In this document: positions 37,444 to 44,430 of the stretch, piece after piece
Position numbering within the stretch: the stretch's first letter is position 1
How the letters are laid out: every line of letters begins with the position of its first letter
Assembly (NCBI GenBank): GCA_030539455.1
Contig: JAUNRZ010000002.1
Span: 1-44,430, forward strand
Source: Paracoccus sp. (in: a-proteobacteria)
GTDB taxonomy: Bacteria > Pseudomonadota > Alphaproteobacteria > Rhodobacterales > Rhodobacteraceae
DNA: 44,430 nucleotides
Direction: 5' to 3'
Program-made: the position numbers and the translations under genes
Notes under the pieces: generated by a model
Databases searched by the model: none
What the model saw: the letters and a program-made list of their open reading frames with translations, nothing else
Told to the model about the DNA's origin: nothing

Positions 37444-38225
37444 GCCTGAGCGCGACCGACATCACTGTGAAACTGGGCAGTCGTGCTGTGCTGCAAGGAG
37501 TCAGCATGGCGGCGCAGGCAGGCCGTGTGACCGCGATTATCGGGCCGAACGGCTCGGGCAAGACCACGCTGATGCGCGCGCTGACGGCGGAACTGCGCCC
37601 CGCATCGGGCCGGGTCACGCTGAACGGCACCGATATGGCCGCGCTGCGCCCCGATCTGCTGGCGCAGCGCCGCGCGGTCCTGCCGCAGCACAGCGTGCTG
37701 TCTTTCCCCTTCACCGCCGCCGAGATCATCCGCATCGGCCTGACCTCTTGCATGGAGGCGGCGGCGGTCGGGGATGCGATTATCGCCTCGGCACTCGCTC
37801 GGGTAGGACTGCCTGATTACGCCGGGCGGCTCTATCAGGAGATGTCTGGCGGCGAGCAACAGAGGGTTCAGCTTGCCCGCGCATTGGTGCAGGTCTGGCA
37901 CCCGATTGGCCCGGACGGCCCACGCTGGCTGCTGCTGGATGAGCCGGTGAGCAGTCTCGACATCGCGCATCAGCTTGCCGTCATGCGGCTGGCCCGCGAT
38001 TATGCCCGGCGCGGCGGCGGTGTGATCGCGGTGATGCACGACCTGAACCTGACCGCGATGTTCGCCGATCATCTCCTGCTGATGCAAGCGGGTCGCGCCC
38101 TTGCCGAAGGGCCGCCCGACGAGGTGCTGACCGACGCGCTGCTGACCTGCGCCTATGACTGCCCCCTGCGCACAAGCTGCGCACCCTCGCAAGGCGCATG
38201 GTTACTGCCGCAGGGCGCGGCGTAG
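37440..38225 (+). CDS. hmuV: Heme ABC ATPase
   Basis: GPNGSGKT, SGGEQQRVQLARAL.Q, LLLDEP.SSLD..HQ. Confidence 0.92.
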   Translation: MSLSATDITVKLGSRAVLQGVSMAAQAGRVTAIIGPNGSGKTTLMRALTAELRPASGRVTLNGTDMAALRPDLLAQRRAVLPQHSVLSFPFTAAEIIRIGLTSCMEAAAVGDAIIASALARVGLPDYAGRLYQEMSGGEQQRVQLARALVQVWHPIGPDGPRWLLLDEPVSSLDIAHQLAVMRLARDYARRGGGVIAVMHDLNLTAMFADHLLLMQAGRALAEGPPDEVLTDALLTCAYDCPLRTSCAPSQGAWLLPQGAA

Positions 38226-38679
38226 GTGATGTGATGGTCGGGCGATTCTGGAGGTTGGGGCGAATGCGTTTCATATCAAGGCTGCGCACAGCCTTTCGTA
38301 CGCGTCTGCCAATAACAAGGGTCTACGCCGGAATAAGCCTGGATGACAGCGAGCCTAACGCCTTCCGTTCGTGCCGCAGCGTGCGACACGAGCAGGACCG
38401 GCGGCACAACCCCTGTTCTATTGCCCGAGCATCCCACTGCTCAGAAACCAATGTCCAAAGAACTGCCTCCGCCCGTCACGACGATAATCGCTTCGTCATA
38501 GCCCAACGACTGAACTCACCTCAGATGGACTTCAGCCGGACGGAGCCTCCGTCCGCATACTCTGCCAACCTAAACCGCCACGACGCCCGGGTGCGATGGG
38601 TGAGCGATGTATACCCTTTGCGAATGTGATCAGTGACAGTGCGAAAGCCATAAGCCGATCGGCTAGAAATGACGTTCTC

Positions 38680-38708
38680 GCAAGACACCGATTTCGTCAA
38701 GAAAATCG
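38680..38708 (-). other. Candidate oriT (nic-like GTGTCTTGC next to an inverted repeat)
   Basis: GCAAGACAC followed by CGATTT...AAATCG, about 340 bp upstream of mobC. Confidence 0.4.
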
Positions 38709-38794
38709 AAAATTGTGGATAACCTCGAACTTCCTTTAGGTTTTCCGGGAAACGCGCATATTAATAGTGTCGACCTGTCAAAAGGAATGTCGAC

Positions 38795-39028
38795 ATGAAA
38801 CAGAAGATCAAACTGGAAGCGGTCGACAAGCTGCGCCAAATCTGGGCATCGTTTCCGCCGAAGGCTCAGGCTGAAATTCCTGAGCGCAAAGGCGCCCAAT
38901 TTTTTGCACCCGAGATTGAGTGCGCCATTGGCGCATGTGTTAAATTTGCACACCTTTCGCGGACATTTCTGAAGAGCAGTGCGCGCCGCAACTCGTCGAG
39001 CAATCGGCCAGAAAAGCGCGGCAGCTAA
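38795..39028 (+). CDS. hypothetical protein upstream of mobC
   Basis: AAGGA upstream; stop 15 nt before mobC. Confidence 0.4.
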   Translation: MKQKIKLEAVDKLRQIWASFPPKAQAEIPERKGAQFFAPEIECAIGACVKFAHLSRTFLKSSARRNSSSNRPEKRGS

Positions 39029-39043
39029 GAAGGAAGTGCGATA

Positions 39044-39364
39044 ATGGCGCGGCCCCGAAAGCCGAAAAATCAAAGTGCAAAGCGGAGGGAGATCTATCTC
39101 CCTGATGCGGAATGGCAAATGATCAAGGACAGCGCCGCCGATCTCGGGGTCAGCGTCTCGCAATTTTTGTTGGCGGCCGTGAGCAAAAATAAGCCTTATC
39201 TGCCGATGCATCTTATTCAGGAGCTCGGCGTTATCGGGGCTGCGCTGGACCGGTTGTCGCATCAGAACGTTCACCGTGGGCATGAGACAATCGCGATGCT
39301 CGCCGAGCTAGTTCGCATCGAGAATGCTCTGACTAAAATCGCAGACAGGATCACAACATCATGA
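39044..39364 (+). CDS. mobC: MobC-like relaxosome accessory protein
   Basis: RHH-like N-terminus (E...I...A...GVSVSQFL), EL..IG..L..L; ATGA overlap with the relaxase. Confidence 0.75.
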   Translation: MARPRKPKNQSAKRREIYLPDAEWQMIKDSAADLGVSVSQFLLAAVSKNKPYLPMHLIQELGVIGAALDRLSHQNVHRGHETIAMLAELVRIENALTKIADRITTS

Positions 39365-41169
39365 TCGTCGGCTGGTCACCCTATAGCGGCGCGGGACAGG
39401 TAGACGGTGGCGCAACTGAATTGCTGAATTACCTGATTGCTGACGTGGTGCGAAAGGCCCTCGACGGCAAGGTCATGCTGGTTTCACGTAGGCCCGGACC
39501 CGAAACGCTGCTGGGGCATCCTGAGATCGTAAAGCTGGCCATCAGTAATTCGCGGTTCAAGCATCGCTATAGCGCGGCGACACTCTGCTTTGCGAGATCG
39601 GATGTCGACGTCGCGCGGTTCAACGCCGGAGATGATGAGCAAAGGCGCCGGGTCGGGCGTATCCTCAATCTTTTTGTCGAAACCGCCTTTGTTGGGATCC
39701 CGACCGCAGCGCGATCGCCGGTGTTTGCGAACACCCACACCCATACCGGAAGGCTTGAAGTGAACGTCGTAGTGCCGCGTTTCATCCGTCGGCCTGACGA
39801 GCGAATCATGTCGTTCAACCCCCATCCGCCGAGGCGTGGCAGCCGCAATTTTTGGGACAGCTTCAGGGACAGCGTCAATTATCGCTACGGCATGGCCGAC
39901 CCTTTCGATCCGGACCGCGTGCAACTGGTCAAGTCTTCCGATTACATCTTGAAGAATCGGGCCGAAGCACGCCGCAATCGCGTCCAGCTTGAGGAGGAGG
40001 ATCCGCGATTCCACATCTACCATCATGCCATAGATCTCTGGCAGCACACTGGGATCGAGGATCGCGATGCACTTCTTGAGCAACTGGATCCGCTCCTACA
40101 TGAGGAGCACGGCATTATGTTGTTGTCGAAGACCGATGACAGCGTGACGTTCCTCGCCCCCGATGGCGCGTGCTTGAAAATGGGAGGCCACCTGTTTTCG
40201 GCAGGGTTCTCGGAGCTCAACCCGAGGCATGACCTTCCAGAACCGGAATACGCCGACCTGCGTTACGGCCAGCTTCGGAATGCGCCGGCAAAATTCGCAG
40301 CCAGATTAGCCAGACGCGCCGCATTTCACGAGCGGCGTTATGGGCTCACTGCTGCGCCCCCTGATCCGACAGCTCTCCTGCGAAATGGGGCCAGTATCAT
40401 CGCCGGCCCTTCGCCAACACGCCGCTCGAGAGTGACACCCCTCGCCGCACGTTTGGCGAACGCTGTGAGGGGCGCCATCGAAGGATTGATAACGCGGCTT
40501 GCGGAAATCAACATCTGGCAAAGCGTCAAGCAAGCCGACCTGACGGGCTTTGGCCACATCCGAGAAAAACTGGAGAAGATAAATGACCGACTCGAACGAA
40601 AGCGCGCCGGAGGGGCTGACCGAACTGTTGAGGGTGGCAAATCAGCTGGAGCGGTTGATCGAGCCCCTCGAATCTCTTCTGGATATGAAGAAAGCGCCGG
40701 GGCTCTCGGAGTGGATGGACAGCTTTCTGTTCGAGCTGGGCGCCATCAGTCGCGAGATGGCGAAGATCGCAGACCGCATAGAGCAGGTGCTGATCCCTCA
40801 GGAAGCGGCGCAAGAGCATATGGCACGGATGGAGCAACAGCTCGCACAGATCAACCAGGACCTGGCGGTCATCAAGGCGTATCTGACCCTCCCCCCGGAA
40901 GCCGTGCCGACCTCCTGAGAACGTTCAGGCGGGCTGCCACAGACGCCGGCCTGCGGAACATCAGGGTGGCACCTTCCGGGAGCAGCCTGTTTTTTCTGAT
41001 CGCTGACGGCGCGACGATGACGATTACGGCGGATGCGATCCAATCTCTCTGGGTCGCCGACGAATGCACGTCCGAGCAGATCCGGGCATTTGCTGAGGCC
41101 GCAGGCCTGGATAGCGACGACATGCTCGAAGCGCGGGAAAGCGAGCCCGAGGCCCCCTCGCCGGGGTGA
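39361..41169 (+). CDS. Relaxase, MOB_P5/HEN (MbeA-like)
   Basis: N-terminal NYL tyrosine, Y.A.TL.F, HTHTGRLEVN (H..E.N) motif. Confidence 0.8.
   Translation: MIVGWSPYSGAGQVDGGATELLNYLIADVVRKALDGKVMLVSRRPGPETLLGHPEIVKLAISNSRFKHRYSAATLCFARSDVDVARFNAGDDEQRRRVGRILNLFVETAFVGIPTAARSPVFANTHTHTGRLEVNVVVPRFIRRPDERIMSFNPHPPRRGSRNFWDSFRDSVNYRYGMADPFDPDRVQLVKSSDYILKNRAEARRNRVQLEEEDPRFHIYHHAIDLWQHTGIEDRDALLEQLDPLLHEEHGIMLLSKTDDSVTFLAPDGACLKMGGHLFSAGFSELNPRHDLPEPEYADLRYGQLRNAPAKFAARLARRAAFHERRYGLTAAPPDPTALLRNGASIIAGPSPTRRSRVTPLAARLANAVRGAIEGLITRLAEINIWQSVKQADLTGFGHIREKLEKINDRLERKRAGGADRTVEGGKSAGAVDRAPRISSGYEESAGALGVDGQLSVRAGRHQSRDGEDRRPHRAGADPSGSGARAYGTDGATARTDQPGPGGHQGVSDPPPGSRADLLRTFRRAATDAGLRNIRVAPSGSSLFFLIADGATMTITADAIQSLWVADECTSEQIRAFAEAAGLDSDDMLEARESEPEAPSPG
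40583..40918 (+). CDS. Overprinted coiled-coil protein nested in the relaxase gene (MbeB/MbeD-like position)
   Basis: Own RBS GGAGAAG; 111-aa heptad-rich helical sequence; the relaxase frame over this span is G/R/A-rich and low-complexity. Confidence 0.7.
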   Translation: MTDSNESAPEGLTELLRVANQLERLIEPLESLLDMKKAPGLSEWMDSFLFELGAISREMAKIADRIEQVLIPQEAAQEHMARMEQQLAQINQDLAVIKAYLTLPPEAVPTS

Positions 41170-41384
41170 TGATGTTGCCGCTCGCGCCAGCAGCGAAATT
41201 GCCGATTGCAACGCGGCAGACCGAACAGATGCTCATTGTCAGGTGGCATTAGGGGTTTTGCCCCCGGGCATTGCGGAGCCTTGATTAAGTGGGAAAATCG
41301 AAAGGGATTGCGAACCCCAATGTCGCGGTCGAGAATTTCGATGCGCTCATTCGTGTGGAGGGCCGTCGCCTGACGGACCCCAGC

Positions 41385-41406
41385 GCGCACCTCAATTGAG
41401 GTGCGC
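41385..41406. repeat. Perfect 22-bp palindrome
   Basis: GCGCACCTCAATTGAGGTGCGC between convergent genes. Confidence 0.85.
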
Positions 41407-41530
41407 CTGCTGTCTGCTCGCCGTATAATGCACATGAGCGCTCCTGTATTGATTACCCTAGCTATTTCGTCTCGCCGACATATGCATTGGCCGATTATAG
41501 CGTCGGCTGTCAGATGATATCCATGCCGCG

Positions 41531-42520
41531 TCACCGTAGCACTCTGACCTGTTCGGCGGTGAGATAGCCATTCCCGGTTGATCCGTTATCGCGCTGCCAT
41601 CTGGTAATGGCGCTGCGGGTGTGGGGCCCGAATATCCCGTCCGCGTTGCCCGACAGATATCCAAGGGCGATCAACTGCTCTTGGATCTCGACGCGCTCGG
41701 GTCGGGTCAGCCCAAGGAGATCCTCATCAAGCGCAGCGCTCGCAATGGGCGCGGGCGTGTTGCGCGTATCGGAGGCGTCCGTCCTGAGCGCCGCTACCTG
41801 ATTTGCGGTCAGATAGCCGGTGGCGGTTTGGCTCTTGCTCCGCTGCCATGCCCGGATAGCCTCGCGCGTTCCGCTTCCGAACAGCCCGTCAACGCCTCTC
41901 GTGTCGTGGCCGAGCGTTGTGAGATCACGCTGGATCTGCACGCGCTGCGCACGGGTGAGGCGCAGGTTCAACTCGCCCTGCGCAGGACTTGTTGTTGCGC
42001 CATCGCTCGCCGGAGGGCGCGCCGGCTGGGCAGAAGCGCCGCTCAAGAGGGTCTGCGACTGCTCCGCCGTCAGATACCCTGTCGCCGTATTCCCGGTAGC
42101 GTTTTGCCATGCGGTAATCGCGCGGCGTGTGCCGGCGCCAAAGACGCCGTCGATCCCCGAACGGTAATGTCCAAGCGCTGCGAGGCGACGCTGAATGTTC
42201 ATCCGCTGAGTTTGCGTGAGCGCCAAGCGGCTCTCGACCTGCGCCGCAGCTTGACCTCGTTCGAGCTTGGCCAGCTCGGCCCGGGCGGTCGCCGCATTGG
42301 GGCCTTGCGGATAGGTATCGAGATACTGCCGGTAGGCGGCCGCGGACCCGTTCTGGACGACGCCAGCCCACAGAGCGCGCTGATGCTCGGCCTGTTGTTG
42401 TTCGAGAACGGTTTGCGCGAGTGTTCCGAGCATATCCCGAAGGTCCGACTGCGCCCACACGGCTTGCCCCGGAACGATCATCGCGCCCGCCAACGCAGCG
42501 GATAGGCAAAGGTTACGCAT
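41531..42520 (-). CDS. Secreted protein with three peptidoglycan-binding (PG_binding_1-like) repeats
   Basis: Signal peptide; AY..YL..YP.G motif; three IQ..L..LG.....DG.FG..TR.AI..WQ.....TGYLT repeats. Confidence 0.85.
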   Translation of the reverse strand: MRNLCLSAALAGAMIVPGQAVWAQSDLRDMLGTLAQTVLEQQQAEHQRALWAGVVQNGSAAAYRQYLDTYPQGPNAATARAELAKLERGQAAAQVESRLALTQTQRMNIQRRLAALGHYRSGIDGVFGAGTRRAITAWQNATGNTATGYLTAEQSQTLLSGASAQPARPPASDGATTSPAQGELNLRLTRAQRVQIQRDLTTLGHDTRGVDGLFGSGTREAIRAWQRSKSQTATGYLTANQVAALRTDASDTRNTPAPIASAALDEDLLGLTRPERVEIQEQLIALGYLSGNADGIFGPHTRSAITRWQRDNGSTGNGYLTAEQVRVLR

Positions 42521-43040
42521 CCTCATTCCCTCCCGAATGGTGCCGTCGGCGCGGGATGACCCGGACGACCCGATGCTGGAAAACTCGCACTGCGAAAGCG
42601 CGGTTCCCGTCGGCACCGCTTTGTGATTGGTCGGGATTCGTCTTGGATCGGGCGACCGCAAGCCAATTAGGATCGCTTTTTCCCCGGAGGCGGACCCGGC
42701 GATCAGATCGCAAGGCTGTGGGCCAAAAACAGATTAAAGGAGTGACTTGAACCAAAGCTCGTAATTCCGGTTAATTACCGGTTATCTTTTTCTGCGGTTA
42801 AGCACATCGACCTGCCTGAAAGGGTTGCCAATTTCCCCATCACCGGATTTCAAACTCGTCAATAGCAGCATTATTTCGAGGTTATCCCCAAAATAACGCA
42901 GCTCAAGGCCTTCCCCGTATTTGGGAAGAGGCCTGCGCGCATTATTCTTGTCCTTAAGCGCGAATGCAATCGGCTTCGCAAAATCTGGATATTTCCAACC
43001 GCCCGGAATAAGCCCCGGCGCGGAACGGCGGAACTCATTC

Positions 43041-43247
43041 GTGTCAAAAGACAGGGATCAGGGGAAGGGAAAGAAGCGCGCGGCGAGGCGCGAGAACCGC
43101 GCGTCTCTTGAATCCGCGCGGCGCGCCGACCATGTTGCGATCTTCAACCAGTTCATCCGCGCCCTTGCGCACGCTGCGGCCCGCGACGATCATGAGAATG
43201 ATCGCGATGCCCCGTCCGCTCGCAAACGCTCGCCGCCCTCTGCCTAG
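43041..43247 (+). CDS. Small basic protein upstream of the recombinase
   Basis: GTG start; FIRALAHAAARDDH helix; stop 13 nt before the recombinase ATG. Confidence 0.45.
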   Translation: MSKDRDQGKGKKRAARRENRASLESARRADHVAIFNQFIRALAHAAARDDHENDRDAPSARKRSPPSA

Positions 43248-43260
43248 GGAGAACTTGACC

Positions 43261-44430
43261 ATGCCAGCCCAGCCCCGCGCCGTCATCTACGCCCGCTTTT
43301 CCACTGATCTGCAGCGTGATGCGTCAATCGAAGATCAAATCCGTTCCTGCCGCGATTTCGCGGCGATGCGGGGTTACAGCGTGACAAAGGTGTTTTCCGA
43401 TCGCGCCCAGTCCGGCGCAAGCATGACGCGATCGGGGCTCCAGGAGCTGCTTCGCGATTCACATCGCGGCGAATTCGACGTCGTCGTGACAGAGGCACTG
43501 GATCGCCTGTCACGCAATCAGGCCGATATCGCGACGATCTTCCAGATGTTGGAGTTTCGCGGTCAGGCAATCGACACCATAAGCGAGGGTGAGGTTTCAG
43601 AGATGCATGTCGGCCTCAAGGGCACGATGAACGCGCTGTTCCTGAAAGACCTTGCAACGAAGACCCGCCGCGGCCTCAAAGGACGCGCCCTGCTTGGCAA
43701 GAGCGCCGGCGGGCTTACCTATGGATATGACCCTGTGCCAGGCTTCGGAGAGGATGGCGAGCCGACCCGGGGCGATCGGAAGATCAATCAAGCCGAGGCG
43801 ATGATCGTGCTGCGTATTCATACCGATTACGCAAACGGGATTTCTGCCAGCAAGATCGCGTCTCAGCTAAACCTCGAGAAGGTGCCGGGCCCGCGCGGCG
43901 GGCCGTGGGGCAGCTCGACGATCAACGGCAATCGCGAGCGCGGAACGGGGATTCTCAACAACGAGCTCTATATCGGTCGCCAGATCTGGAACCGGTTGAC
44001 CTATGCCAAGAATCCTGAGACCGGCAAGCGTGCCTCGCGTCTCAACCCTGAGACGGAGTGGATTATCGCCGACGTCCCCGAATTGCGGATCATCGACGAT
44101 GAGCTTTGGCAGCGTGTGCGTGACAGGCAAGGCAAGCTGAACGCCAAGGAGAGCGGCGTTCCGTCCTGGGACCGCCGGCGTCCGCGCTATCTTTTGTCCG
44201 GCTTGATGGCCTGCGGCAGTTGCGGCAGCGGTTGCTCGATTGTGTCCAAGGACCGCTTTGGCTGCTCTGCGGCGCGCAACAAGGGTCCAGCTGTTTGCAC
44301 GAACAAGACGCTGATCACGAGACAGGAACTCGAATCCGCGGTCCTCGACGCGCTCGCCAACCATCTGATGGACGAGAAAGCCGTCGAGCTGTTTTGCCGC
44401 GAATATACCGCGGAGCGTAACCGCTTGCAG
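43261..44430 (+). CDS. Large serine recombinase/integrase (partial, runs off the window)
   Basis: Absent from the ORF track (no stop in window). Manual translation gives IYARFSTDLQ, DRLSR, YGY, Y.G...WNR and zinc ribbon LLSGL..CG.CG; RBS GGGAG. Confidence 0.95.
   Translation, partial: MPAQPRAVIYARFSTDLQRDASIEDQIRSCRDFAAMRGYSVTKVFSDRAQSGASMTRSGLQELLRDSHRGEFDVVVTEALDRLSRNQADIATIFQMLEFRGQAIDTISEGEVSEMHVGLKGTMNALFLKDLATKTRRGLKGRALLGKSAGGLTYGYDPVPGFGEDGEPTRGDRKINQAEAMIVLRIHTDYANGISASKIASQLNLEKVPGPRGGPWGSSTINGNRERGTGILNNELYIGRQIWNRLTYAKNPETGKRASRLNPETEWIIADVPELRIIDDELWQRVRDRQGKLNAKESGVPSWDRRRPRYLLSGLMACGSCGSGCSIVSKDRFGCSAARNKGPAVCTNKTLITRQELESAVLDALANHLMDEKAVELFCREYTAERNRLQ

Noticed and set aside
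38226-38640. ORF 38198-38629 / possible intron or ncRNA
   Set aside because: Atypical composition, no recognisable motif or element ends.
42771-42785. TTAA-N7-TTAT, CtrA-like box
   Set aside because: One mismatch in an AT-rich region and a single copy; insufficient support.
43867-44364. Minus-strand ORFs at the right edge
   Set aside because: Shadows of the serine recombinase on the + strand.

Overview
High-GC alphaproteobacterial DNA (Rhodobacteraceae, Paracoccus-like by gene content; inferred) that looks like a mosaic genomic island or integrative mobilizable element. Left to right: an IS66 end; a three-gene operon of unknown function; four nested IS21 fragments; decayed glycosyltransferases; an intact-looking module (tandem-HTH adenine methyltransferase, soluble FtsH-like AAA+/M41 protease, multi-zinc-ribbon GIY-YIG/T5orf172 nuclease, helical hypothetical, divergent RHH regulator); a YeeB-like helicase remnant; a truncated PQQ/lanthanide-type ABC operon; an IS3 interrupted by an internally deleted IS110/IS1111 element; exbB-exbD-exbD-tonB; a complete IS66 with a passenger gene; a cobalamin-riboswitch btuBFCD-cbiZ-unknown operon; hmuR/hmuSTUV heme uptake; mobC plus a HEN-type relaxase with an overprinted gene; a secreted peptidoglycan-binding protein; and a large serine recombinase running off the right edge. 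All calls come from reading motifs by eye; no searches were run.
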